Program-made: the position numbers and the translations under genes
In this document: positions 51,878 to 64,000 of the stretch, piece by piece
How positions within the stretch are numbered: the first letter of the stretch is position 1
How the letters are laid out: each line of letters opens with the position of its first letter
Notes under the pieces: generated by a model
Seen by the model: only the letters and a program-made list of their open reading frames with translations
Databases searched by the model: none
Told to the model about the DNA's origin: nothing
Origin: Callorhinchus milii
Lineage: Eukaryota
NCBI RefSeq assembly: GCF_018977255.1
Contig: NW_024704743.1
Span: 67,086,001-67,150,000, forward strand
DNA: 64,000 nucleotides
Direction of reading: 5' to 3'

Positions 51878-53746
51878 AAAGTCATAATATGATTAGGCAG
51901 AGTCAACATGGTTTTGTGAAAGGGAAATCACGTTTAACAAATCTTATAGAGTTTTTTGAAGATGTAACTAGCAGGTTAGATAGGTGGGAACCAACGGATA
52001 TAGGGTACTTAGATTTTCAGAAGGCATTCAACAAGGTGCCACATAAAAGGTTGTTACATAAGATTAGGGCTCGTGGAATTAAGGGTAATATATTAACATG
52101 GATCGAAGAATGGTAAACAGGCAGAAAACAGAGAGTAGGGATAAACGGATCCTTCTCAGATTGGCAGGTTGTGACAAGTGGAGTGCCGCAAGGAGCAGTG
52201 CTTGGGCCTCAATTATTTACAATCTACATCAATGACTTAGATGAGGAAACAGAGCTTAATGTATCTAAATTCTCCAGACGATACAAAGCTAGGTGGGAAA
52301 GCAAGCTGTGAGGAGGACACTAGGAGGATGCAAAGGGATATAGACAGGTTAAGTGAATGGGCAAGAAGGTGGCAGATGGAGTATAATGTGGGGAAGTGTG
52401 AAGTTATTCACCTAGGTAGACAAAATAGAAAAGCAGATATTTTCTAGAGGGGGAGAGACTAGGTAGTGTTAGTATTCAGAGGGATTTAGGTGTCCTTGTA
52501 CACCAATCACAGAAAGTTAGTGTGCAGGTACAGCAAACAACTAGGAAGGCTAATAGCATGTTAGCGTTTATTGCAAAGGGGTTAGAGTACAAGAGTAGGG
52601 AAGTCTCACTGCAATTGTGTAGGGCCTTAGTGAGACCGCACCTGGAATATTGTGTGCAGTTTTGGTCTCCTTATCTAAGAAAGGACATACTCGCCTTAGA
52701 GGGGGTGCAGCATAGATTCATTAGGTTGGTTCCTGGGATGAGGGGGTTGACCTATGAGGAGAAGTTGAGTAAACTAGGCCTATATTCTCTAGAATGCAGA
52801 AGAATTAGAGGTGATCTTATAGAAACCTATAAGATTCTTAAGGGTCTTGACAGGGTAGATGCTGTGAGACTGTTTCCCCTGGTTGGAGAATCTAAAACTA
52901 GGGGTCATAGTCTCAAGATTAAAGGTCAGCCTTTTAGAACTGAGTTGAGAAAATTTCTTCACTCAGAGGGTAATGAATTTATGGAATTCTCTACCCCAGA
53001 AGGCTGTGGACGCTCAGTCCTTGAACATATTGAATATGTCACCTCTCGGCTGGACTATTCCAATGGCCTCCTCGCCGGTCTTCCCTCCACTACCATCCAT
53101 AAAATCCAGATCATTCAAAACTCTGCCGCCCGCATTCTCACCCGCACCAAACTCTGCTCCCCGATCATCCCAGGCATGGCTGCCTGTCCCAGGGAGGATC
53201 GTCTTCAAGATCCTCACCCTTGTATTCAAATCCCTCCATTTCTCTGCACCCCCCTACCTCTCTGACCTCCTCTCTCCTCAAAACAGTACCCGATGCCTTC
53301 GTTCCTCTGGGTTTGGCCTCTTCCTCATCCCCCGAGTCCTCCGCTCCACCCTCGGTGGTTGTGCCTTCAGCCACTATGTCCCGAGGCTCTGGAGCTCTCT
53401 TCCTCACTCCCTTCGTCTCGCTCCCTCTCTTCCTATTTTCAGGTCTCTGCTGAAGACCTTTCTCTTCAACCCCGCCTTTGGTCACCTTCCTCCCCCTCTC
53501 CCTGGCTCGTCCCAGGGATGCGTTACTGAGGAGGGCGCTATATAAATCCAAGTTGTTGTTGTAGTATATTCAAGACTGAGATCGATATGTTTTTAAAAAC
53601 TTAAGGGATTAACGGATATGGGGATAGGGCAGGTAAATGGAATTAGGTTAGAAGATCAGCCATGATCTTATTAAATGGCGGGGCAGGCTCGAGGGGCCGA
53701 ATGGCCTACTCCTGCTCCTATTTGTTATGTTCTTATGTTCTTATGA
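51878..53746 (+). mobile_element. 5'-truncated CR1 LINE (RT to tail) with nested L2 3' fragment (53038-53562)
   Basis: [43 protein letters not shown]1 resumes at atattcaagactgag after the L2 (TTG)n tail; tgttctta tail repeats. Confidence 0.95.
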
Positions 53747-55204
53747 CCATTCAGTAGACCCCAGTACTGCTCACAGAGTTTCTCCCAGTGTCCTGGTCAA
53801 CAATCCCTAATACATAAGTCCATAGTTCTGGCCCCAGGCACAAGCAATGTAAACAATTCCTGTTCTGATAGGAGCTCCCTATTGATACTGTACTCATTTA
53901 AAAACTTCTAATTGATACTGGACATTTAAAACATTGCTTGTTGCTGTAATGAGTGGATAGCAGAGTGGATATTCTACAAGGATGACATCAAATGAGTTAA
54001 AGAGCCTTCTTCATCCAAATCAATCTTATGACCTTGTAATTACTTTGCCCCATTTATGGAGGTCATAAAAGCCGTCAAACAAATGAAGATTTTTGTTTAC
54101 AGATTCCCATTTTATATTACTATTATTGCAATCTGATTTTGAATATTCACATTTTAAATAATTTTACTGACTCCTGCTTGGAAATTTAATGGATTTATTT
54201 ATATTATTGATATACATAGTGTTGTGGTAGAAAGGGGAAAAAATCAAAACAATTTCCATTATGGACTATTAATGAGGGCTACTGAAAATGTGTATTTGTG
54301 GTTAACTGAGGCCTAAAATACTCATTGTTTTAGGTTTAAGAATTGTTCCCTTGAGAGAGTTAAAATGGCTTTAACTGCTTCTGGTATTTTGGACCTTATG
54401 GCTTCCAAAGTAGAAGTGGAAAATGTAAAATAAAAACACTTTATTAATGTTCTCACTGTAACAGGCAGACAACATTTCTGGCACAACACACATTTACCTC
54501 AGCATGCAAATTGGTGACATGGCAACAGAATTTTCCAAGCTGGCTGTTTCTGGCTTACACACAAACTGAGCCTTGCCCAGAATTCCCTATGGAGGTGATT
54601 AAAATCCTTTAGTGGATAGGCTGAGTTTATACATTGCTGGACAGTATTGTTAACTAATGGCACAATTTATAAAGAGGGAAATGTGGTGCAGTACAAACCA
54701 GTGGAAGATAGGATCGATGTTCTGGAAAAGGAAATTGCATCTTCCTGAATTTTTACACCTATAAAAGTCACCCAATAAAAGGCTGATGAATCACATACCC
54801 TACATCATGGCAAAGTTCTTCTCTTACATTGAGAAAAGTTAAGGCAACATTTTCACTTTGCTTTTGCAATGTGTTAGCTCTTCCCTTTCCTTCCTATTTG
54901 TTACTTCCTGAGCAGGGTGATTACATTAGCTAAGAGGATTCAAAAGGTTAGTAAGAATTTACTCCACTATATGACAATGGAGTTCTGATGTTAAGTTTCT
55001 TTAAAACCTTTTCAGAACAAAATCAGCACATTAAAACTGTTCTGGAGAACACACCTTTCCATGACCAAGATGTTGTTCCAATGCTCCAATGTTAAACTCT
55101 CCACAAACTAGGGGGGTCATAGTGTATAGCAGTTGGGCTGGCATTTTCCACCAATTATATTCAGTTGGATAAATATACCCATAATGATGACAAAATTGAT
55201 TCAT

Positions 55205-55400
55205 GGTTCTGTCCTTCAGATGAGATTAAAATGAGTTGCCATCTACCTGTTTGGGAGGATATTAAACATCCCACAGGACTGTTCAAAAAGAGAAGGGCGG
55301 TTTCTCCCAGGTGTCCTGGCCAACAATTCTCTTTACAATTGGTCATTTGTTTCCTGGCTGTTTATGCGACATTTCTGTTTGCAAATTGCTGCCTTTGGCG
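55205..55400 (+). mobile_element. Deu-domain SINE fragment
   Basis: tccttcagatgaga..aaagagaagggcggtttctcccaggtgtcctggccaacaat. Confidence 0.65.
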
Positions 55401-56031
55401 GTGGTGACATCATGACATGAAACTCGTTTGAAAGGAGACTTATGTCTGTTAGAATGTTGCCATTGGTGTTTGTATGGTATTGTTTCAGTCATTTACACCC
55501 CACAGGTAGCAGGAACTGTTAAAGGATGTTGTTGTTGTCTGAAGGAGACCTAATTTACATGAAAATGTATCGTCTGTATGAATGTGTATTGTGTGAGTGT
55601 GAAAGTACACTCACAAAGGGATAAAACACTAGGTGTTTGCACAGGCAGCAGTTGCACCGTGGAGGGATCTGTAACAAAAAATTTGATCGGCTCACTCCTC
55701 TGCTCAAACCGTAAGTGCCAGCATTTAAGTATTACGACTCCAACTTAATTTAAGGCTTTGGGGTGTAATCAAAATATATGCTGGTGCCCATTAAATATTA
55801 TAAAGTTATTTTGAGAAGTGCATATTTTAAATTTGTTAATATAAACGGGATACTGGTTTTGTCCTCCCCACTCAAGAAGCCCCGACTCTAATCACTGAAG
55901 AATTGGGTATGAAATACTAAGCTCTGTGACTTGCTGCGTTAATAATAATAATAATAATCCTTGCATTTGATATAGCACCTGTCAAATTGGGAGAGTATCT
56001 CACAAGATGTATTAAGTACAGTGATTGTGTA

Positions 56032-56355
56032 TAATAATAATAATAATAATCCTTGCATTTGGTATAGCGCTTTTCACGTCGGGAGGACGTCCCAAAGCAC
56101 TTCACAGAACACACTGGTAAAGTGAATTGACTGTATATTTGTGGGCGAACGCGGCAGTCAATTGCGCACAGCAATGTCCCACAAACAGTCGTAGATTGAA
56201 AATGACCAATTTATTTTTTTTGTTTTGGAGGGATTATTATTAGGCGTGTGGAGTAAGGAAACTTGCCCAAGGTTTCGCCCTGACTTGCCTGGAATTGAAC
56301 TCAGGTCTCTCGCTTGCAAAGCGAGTGCTCTAACCACTGAGCTACAGGGCTCCAC
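56032..56355 (-). mobile_element. Young tRNA-derived SINE
   Basis: Full length with CpGs retained. Confidence 0.95.
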
Positions 56356-56757
56356 CGCATTTGCCTACAAATACACAATTGCTACCTTTTACAGTATATT
56401 GTATCACCTAAAGTGCTTTGAGATTTCCTCCTGATGTGAAAGGCACTATATGAGATGTAAGGAATATTATTAACTTATTTATTAATACTTAAAAAGCCAA
56501 ATGATAATAAACCTGAATTGGTTCCCCACTTGGTGCTATATTTGAAATAATAACTATGATTGAAATCTAGTATCAGGCCTAAAGATTCTGTAGAAGATCA
56601 TAAACCATGGATTTCTACTTTAACACAACCTACTTTGAAGTGATGCAACAATAGTTGATGTCAATAAGGTGGGAGGAATTATCAGTTAATGAATCAAGGG
56701 ACCAAAAGAAGTAGAATCTATTCTAGAAAGTCTTTAGTGGATTGCAAAACATATTTA

Positions 56758-56940
56758 CAACAACAACAACAAGATTCCATTTATTGAGCGCCTTTCACGT
56801 CGGGAGGACGTCCCAAGGCGCTGTACAGTTAGGTCAGGACCCGAGCATTGGGGGGAAATGGTCAGGGTGAGGGGAGGGAAGGGAGGGAGCGAGGAGGAGG
56901 TAGAGAGTCGAGAGGGGAGCTGAAGGCACGGTCAAAGAGA
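56758..56940 (-). mobile_element. Young L2 3' tail
   Basis: Near-identical to 21187-21370. Confidence 0.9.
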
Positions 56941-57285
56941 AATTTATATCTTGAAAGGCAAAGGATGTGTTGTTGTGAAACAAACATGACAACCAAAAGT
57001 AGATAGAACTACTACAGAATTTAACAAAAGGAAAATGTTTATGCAATAGTGAGATTAAGTCAATATGTGAATGTTTATAAAAATGAAATACATGAGGGAA
57101 AAGAGAATTGAGGGCTATAGATACAGGGATTAGGAGAGATGGAAGCTCATCTGGAGTATAAACATGATGATCTCAATGGGTCATATGACCTGTTTCCGTG
57201 CTGTAACAGTCAATGTAGTTGTGTCATTTTTGTATTTTTCAAATGCACTCCTCAATGGTCTCCCTAGTTCTACCATTCACAAGGT

Positions 57286-57612
57286 GTGGAGTCCTGTAGC
57301 TCAGTGGTTAGAGCACTCATTTTGCGAGTGAGAGACCTGAGTTCAATTCCAGGCAGGGCGAAACCTTGGGCAAGTTTCCTTACTCCACACGCCTAATAAT
57401 ACTCCCTCCAAAAAAAAAAACAATAATAAAAATTGGTCATTTTCAATCCACGACTGTTTGTGGGACATTGCTGTGCGCAATTGGCTGCCGCGTTTGCCCA
57501 CAAATATACAGTCAATTCACTTTACAGTGTGTTCTGTGAAGCACTTTGGGATGTCCTCCCGACGTGAAAAGCGCTATATCAAATGCAAGGATTATTATTA
57601 TTATTATTATTA
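57286..57612 (+). mobile_element. Young tRNA-derived SINE
   Basis: Full head to tail. Confidence 0.95.
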
Positions 57613-58959
57613 AGGTCCAGCTAATACAAACCTCCCCTGTCCACATTCTCATCCACACTAAACTGCAACCCCAATCTTTGCCAGGCTCCATTGGCTCCCT
57701 CTCTCAGAATGGATTAGCTTCAAGATACCTCATCCTCACATACAAATCCCTTCATACCCTAACCTCTCTACCCTGCTCATATCCAACTCCTCTGCCCACC
57801 CCCTTTGCTTAGTTAACAACAACTTGCATTTATATAGTGCCCTTCACGTGGGGTAGCATCTCGGAGCCTAGCATTGGTCTGTTGTGTGTCCCTCACTCCT
57901 CCGCTCCACCATTGGTCAAAGAGGTAAGTTTTTAGGTGAGAGAGATTTAAAGCTAGATAAAGGGTGGCGAGACAGAGGGATTCAGGCTGGGAGTTCCAGG
58001 GATTAGGGCTGTAGTGGCTGAAGGCACAACCACCAATGGTGGAGCGGAGGAGTTGCGGTTATATTTAGGAATGTTAAATCTCACCAAGGGCATTCTGAAT
58101 TATTCAGTTTGCAGATCTCACACATACAGGTGTGTATGCATGTTGAGTGGGGGGTGGGGTAACTGCCAGTTTAAAGTAATGAAGTTACCCACCTGTACTT
58201 GCCTGAATTCCATGTCTGAGAAGGTGAAAATGACATCTGGACTCAGAAGCTCTCTCAACATATAAAAATAAGGAGTTGTTTTCTTTTGTTCCATTTAAGT
58301 CATTGGGATTATGTCTAATCAAAGTTCTGGCTCCTCAATGCTATCATGTGAACACTACTGAAAAGCTTTAGTGTATGAACCTCAAAGAGGTTCTTCTTTG
58401 ACTTTTCTATATGTAACATTTCAAGACAGGGAGGTGGTTTTCCCCTAAATGATTGGTTTTCTTTCTATTCCCCTCCTGCACTATGGAGAGGCAACTGTCC
58501 CTCTTTCTCCCACCACCTACCCCCTTCCTCTCCGCTTGACATTGTTCATCTTAAATCCCCCCTCCTTTTCTCCCTGCTTAGAGATCTTCATTGTCATTGT
58601 GAATTGCTTTGAAACATACATCCTATATGAAAGGTACTACTGAAGTGCAAATTGTTGTTATTTTTCCACAGTACTGTTGCTGAGTTCCTTTACTTATCAA
58701 ATGGAGGATCACAAATGTAAACCTTGTCCAACTACTTCTTCCCTGACTGATGACTTGAGATGCTCTTAAGGCACCTGCTTGAAATGTGTGAAACAAGTGC
58801 AGATTGACTTAAGAGTTATGAAGGTGCTCATTTCTGACAATCTGACAGATCAGGAACTCACTACATCAAGAGTAAGATTGCAAATCTTCCTCTTGTGACA
58901 AGACATCCTTTAAATTAAATTCAATCAAAAAAAATCAATCAATCTATATTCGAAGGCCC

Positions 58960-59590
58960 AAAGCACAGTGGTTAGTGTGCTTGCCTTGCAAGCAAGAAGA
59001 CCCGTATTCGATTTCCAGGTGGGCGAAACTTTACGCAGGTTTCCTTACTCCACATGCCTCTGTTTACCAAGTAGTAAGTAGGAACCCGGTTGTTAATCGA
59101 TTGGTGGATCACGTTCACGGTAATGGCGGTAATGGTCTGTGTGTCAGTTTGGCGCAATGGTAGCACTCTCACCTCTTAGTCAGTAGGTTGTGAGTTTAAG
59201 CGTCACATCAGGACTTGGATTCACATTGTGTAAGCTGATATTTCAATGCAGTGTTGGGGGTGTGTTTCATTGTCGGAGGTGCCATACTTCGGATGAGGCG
59301 TTAAACCGAGGTGCCATCAGCCTTTTCAGGTGGATGTTAAAAATTCCATGGCGATTTGAAAAGACTACGGAGTTTCTCCCATTGTTTTGGCTAACAATCC
59401 GCCCCCAAATAGAATAAAATTGGTCACTCACTCCATGGCTGTTTGTGGGATATTGCTGTGCGCAATTGGCTGCCGAGTTTCGCCCACAAATATACAACCA
59501 ATTCACTTTACAGTACATCCTGTGAAGCGCTTTGAGACGTCTCAATGATGTAAAAAGGCCATATATCAAATGCAAGGATTATTATTATTA
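58960..59590 (+). mobile_element. Composite: long-form SINE head/body followed by a full Deu-domain SINE and tail
   Basis: Two different tRNA-like heads (about 58960 and 59143) and one tail. Confidence 0.8.
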
Positions 59591-60599
59591 AAACTAAAGC
59601 AATAGTAATAGAAAGATCATGGAAGGTAAACACATATTGTTAGATGCTTTAATTCAATCACTGTTACATCATCAGTTTATTGTTGAGCATTCTTCCCAGT
59701 TACTGTACAGATGCAACATTTATTGAATTATTCATAGAATTTCACAGAATTCACAATTATGTTATTAATATATGTATTCATATAGGGGGAAAATATAACG
59801 AGGAACTCATTATGAAATGCCCCAAATTTCCTATGACCGTTCATTCTCCCATTCACCCAATTAATATTTGTCTAGTAAATAGTTGACTTATTTATCTAAC
59901 TTATTGTAAACCCTGAGGATTGTGTATGTATATCATTTTTAAAATTCTCTAAGAATAAAGAAATCACTGCCCTGCACTCCAATAGAATCTATAATCAGAA
60001 AAGGAGTTCACAGTTGCATCTTGTACCAACAGAATACATTTATTTAAAAGTACCATAATTAAACGCCAATTAAGAAGCTATCAAATAATTAAAGAGATTT
60101 ATTGAGGATAATATATATGAAAGCAACTATGTTTAATGTTTTTAAATGAGGATTTTATTGTTGTGATGATTTACAATTATTACCAGCTGTGCAAAAATGC
60201 CTTATTGACAATTGTAGTCTATATTTATATGAAAATACTTTGAAGCATTTCATTTTAATGAAGGAGTTTGATGGCTCAATGTTCGGCTAAACTAAACGTT
60301 TTATATAGCAGGAGGTCTAGCATTATAAAAGAGCATTCAACATTTTCATGGGAGAACTTGAACCCCACATGAATACAATAATGTACAATATAAATTTACA
60401 TTTATATAGTGCTATTTATGTTGGGAAGCATCAAAAGGCTGCTATATAAATGTCAGTTATTGTTGTTGTTGTTCTGCATACTCGAAGAGACTTTCCATTT
60501 TCATCTACTTGTATACGTCCACTTCCCCTCCATTGATTACAATTGTCAACTGTTACACCGTGGCTCTGAAAGATAACCAGGTCTCTGTTAATCTGCTGT

Positions 60600-62322
60600 A
60601 CTATGAGTCATTGTTTCCCAGCTTCGCTCCTTCCTCTCCCGCCACACCCTTCACAAACCCCTCCAATCAGATTTCAGTGCCGCCCACAGCACAGAAATAG
60701 CCCTGTGGTCAAAGTGACAAATGACATTCTGTCCATCCATGACCAGGAGCTCCCTCTGCCTCCTCGTCCTCCTTGACCTCTCTGCTACTTTCAACAATGT
60801 TGACCACTCTATCCTCATCTACTGCCTCTCCTCTCACCTCAACCTGCATGGTTCTGTCCTTGAATGGGTCAGATCGTACCTCTCACATCGCCGACACTTC
60901 ATCTCCACAAAAGGTTTCTCCTCTAGCCCCCTCACTATCTCGTGCGGTGTTCCTCAGGGCTCTGTCCTTGGTCCCTCCTCTTCAATATCTATATGCTCCC
61001 TCTTGGTGACATCATCTGTAGACATGGGGTCAACTTCCACATGTATGCGGATGACACCCAATTCTACCTCTCTGCCTCCACCCTCGACTCCAGGACCACT
61101 GCTGTGCTGAGAGAATGTCTGTCAGACATCAAGTCCTGGATGAGAGCGAACTTTCTTCAGTTGAACGTCAACAAGACCGAGGCTCTCCTGATTGGCTCCC
61201 GTCAGTGCCTCCTCACCTCAGGCGCTGACAGCATCATCACCATCCACGGTTGCACACTCCACCTCACTAAGCCAGTCTGGAACCTTGGGGTCTTGTTTGA
61301 CCCTCAACTATCCTTTCTACCCCACAACTGCGCCATGATCCGCTCTGCCTTCCCCCACCTCTGCAACGTCACTTAGCTCCGATATTGTCTCACACGGCAG
61401 GCCACCGAAACCCTCATACACACATTTGTAACATCAAGGCTTGACTATGAAACTCCTTGCTTATCGCCCTCCCCAACTCCTCCCTCCATAGACTGCAGAT
61501 CATCCAGAACTCTGCAGCCCGTGTCCTCTCCTGCACTAGGCTCCGTGATCCTATCACCCCCATCCTCGCCCAACTCCACTGGATTCCCATCACTCAGGAG
61601 ATAATAACCCTTGCATTTGATATAGCGCTTTTCACGTCAGGAGGACGTCCCAAAGCGCTTCACAGAACACACTGTAAAGTGAATTGACTGTATATTTGTG
61701 GGCGAACGCGGCAGCCAATTGCGCACAGCAATGTCCCACAAACAGTCGTAGATTGAAAATGACCAATTTAATTATTGTTTTTGGTTTTTTGGAGGGATTA
61801 TTATTAGGCTCTGTGTGGAGTAAGGAAACTTGCCCAAGGTTTCGCCCTCTGCCTGGAATTGAACTCAGGTCTCTCACTTGCAAAGCGAGTGCTCTAACCA
61901 CTGAGCTACAGGACTCCACAGATACAGTTCAAGATCCTAGTTCTCACCTTCAAAGCCCTCCATGGCCTTGCTCCCCACTAACCCTGCAACCTCCTAACCT
62001 TCTACTACCCTGCTTGCTCCCTCCGCTCAGTGGGCTCCTTCCTGCCTGGTTCACATCCTCTGCCTTGCCTGCTCCACCATCAGTGGGCGGGCCTTCTGCC
62101 ACTTTGCCCTTACCCTCTGGAACTCCACCATGCACTCTCTCCGCCTTGCCCCCTCCCTTGCCTCCTTCAAGACCCATTTCAAGATCCTCCTATTCGACCA
62201 TGCTTTCGATTACCCTGTTTCCCAATCCCAACCCCCAGCTCGGGACCGAAATGCTGACTGTCCAGCGCCTTGGGACGTCCTCCCGACTTGAAAGGCACTA
62301 TACAAATGTAATTTTGTTGTTG
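60600..62322 (+). mobile_element. 5'-truncated L2 (RT to tail) with nested young SINE (61601-61919, -)
   Basis: GVPQGSVLGP, HMYADDTQ, LHWIPITQ then SINE then resumed L2; (TTG)n tail. Confidence 0.95.
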
Positions 62323-62371
62323 TATTTTGTTGTATGTAGGGCCATCATATAAGGTCTTTTATCCCATCCCT

Positions 62372-62680
62372 GTGGAGTCCTGTAGCTCAGTGGTTAGAGC
62401 ACTCGCTTTGCAAGTGAGAGACCTGAGTTCAATTCCAGGCAGAGGGCGAAACCTTGGGCAAGTTTCCTTACTCCACACAGAGCCTAATACTAATCTCTCC
62501 AAAAACCAAAAACAATAATAAATTGGTCATTTTCAATATACGACTGTTTGTGGGACATTGCTGTGCGCAATTGGCTGCCGTGTTCGCCCACAAATATACA
62601 GTCAATTCACGTTACAGTGTGTTCTGTGAAGCGCTTTGGGACGTCCTCCCGACGTGAAAAGCGCTATATCAAATGCAAGG

Positions 62681-62715
<35 letters not shown>
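62372..62715 (+). mobile_element. Young tRNA-derived SINE with long (TTA)n tail
   Basis: Near-identical to the reverse complement of 61601-61919. Confidence 0.96.
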
Positions 62716-62739
62716 CCCCTGCACATCGCCCCCTCCCCC

Positions 62740-62997
62740 CCATCAGTCTTTCAGATGTCTCAAAGTGCTTCACAGAATATACTGTAAAGTGAATTGACTG
62801 TATATTTTGTGGGAAAAATGTGGCAGCCAATTGTGCACAGCAGAGTTCCACAAACAGTTCCAATCGGCTAATGACCGGATTCCTGCTTACTACTAGGTAA
62901 ACAGAGCCGTGTGGAGTAAAGAAGCTTGCCCAAAGTTTCGCCCTCCTGGCAATTGAACCCAGGTCTCTCGCTTGTGAGGCAAGCGCTTTCACCACTG
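62740..62997 (-). mobile_element. Older long-form SINE, partial
   Basis: Head and tagtaagcaggaatcc body on the minus strand. Confidence 0.8.
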
Positions 62998-63759
62998 AAA
63001 TTTAGATTAATACCTGAGATAAAAGGGGTTAAACTATGATGAGATGCTGGGCAGAATTCCTCAGCATTGAGAAGGTTAAGGGGTGATATGATTAAGGTGT
63101 TTAAAATAATGAAGGGAATTAACATGTTAGGTAGCTATACCACTCTGGTAAAAGGATCAAAACAAGGAGACATAATTCTTAATAGTATGACAAGGGCTGT
63201 TGAGTTGAACATTAAAGATCCCTGTGTCCTGGTCAAAGCCTCAAATAAAATTGGTGATTCACTTCATGTTTGTGGGATATTTCTGTGTGCAAATTGTCTG
63301 CCAAGTTTGCCTACAAATACACAGTAACTACACTTTACAGTAAATCTCATGGAGCACTTTGAGACGTTTCAAGGATGTGGTAAGGTGCTATATCAAATGC
63401 AGTAATTACAAATAATAACAATAAGATAAGAGGTAGTCGTAGTATTGAGAAAAAATTGCCAATATTGGCTTTTGGTCAGAGTAGATTTTTTAATTATAAA
63501 ACTACTAATAATTCTAATAATAAGTGTGCATTCCATTCCAATATATGGGAACTTCCTTGTATAGGTGGGATGCACAGAATTCTCAGTTTGGTTTGGATAC
63601 TCTTAAGTATGGTGATGGCTTTCCGCATGTGTCAGACACCCAGCTAAAAAAAAACTTCTCCAGTCTTGCCCCACACCATCTCTGAGATCTTTGTTAATGT
63701 CCCACAACAATAATGATCAGATATTGAAAAAAGAAAAACGTGTTTCATACCTTACTGTT

Positions 63760-64000
63760 TTACATTGCATTAAATGCATTGACCAGAATGTCAGAAAAGG
63801 CATCAGTTGTAATCTCACCGATGGTGGGAGTGCCCAAAATATTGCCAAATGCATCAGTTCCAATTTCACCGATATCCAGAATATTGGAAAAGGCCTTAGC
63901 TGCAATTTTAGTGATGGTGTGCTTTGAAGACCGCTGTTTCACTTTTGTAGTTGACCCACGGTCTGCTTGCGCCCAACTTAATGGGACAGATCTTAACGGC
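63760..64000 (-). CDS. Possible C-terminal coding exon of an unidentified gene (runs off window)
   Basis: Frame open from 63999 to TAA at 63760: PLRSVPLSWAQADRGSTTKVKQRSSKHTITKIAAKAFSNILDIGEIGTDAFGNILGTPTIGEITTDAFSDILVNAFNAM*; donor AAG|GTATGA 9 nt after the stop. Confidence 0.35.
   Translation of the reverse strand, partial: PLRSVPLSWAQADRGSTTKVKQRSSKHTITKIAAKAFSNILDIGEIGTDAFGNILGTPTIGEITTDAFSDILVNAFNAM

Noticed and set aside
52522..53545. 247-aa and 190-aa ORFs as host genes
   Set aside because: Chimeric read-through of CR1 RT C-terminus into a nested L2 fragment.
62374..62445. tRNA-Ala(TGC)-like sequences (also at 37024, 51337, 57288 and others)
   Set aside because: A/B boxes and anticodon arm are present but no acceptor stem; each continues into a SINE body and tail.
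32200..63700. Exons of CNTNAP2 or EZH2 expected from synteny
   Set aside because: No recognisable peptide from either gene in the ORF track or in my reading.

Overview
Vertebrate genomic DNA, most likely a cartilaginous fish (holocephalan-like repeat set: young tRNA-Ala-derived SINE with an L2 tail, Deu-domain SINEs, L2 and CR1 LINEs); the taxon is inferred, not proven. The only confidently identified gene is the 5' end of CUL1 (cullin-1) on the minus strand: a CpG-island promoter and putative non-coding exon 1 near 30.9-31.0 kb, a ~23 kb first intron, and exon 2 (7318-7607) carrying the first 140 coding nt. Exon 2 is followed by a U12-type (minor spliceosome) donor, GTATCCTG; exon 3 lies outside the window. 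The rest is repeat-rich intronic and intergenic DNA. The most notable non-routine items are: (1) an internally deleted Helitron (25246-26835) with both termini intact and a reconstructable empty site inside a short repeat carrying a decayed hammerhead-like core; (2) a 43-bp-arm hairpin fully paired only in the CUL1 sense RNA; (3) a 76-bp inverted copy that looks like a templated insertion; (4) SINE/L2 3' stem-loop co-variation; (5) an unidentified repeat-containing reading frame running off the right edge. I see no convincing new multi-gene system. Most ORF-track entries are transposon debris or low-complexity artefacts. Repeat boundaries were set by eye and are approximate unless junctions are quoted.
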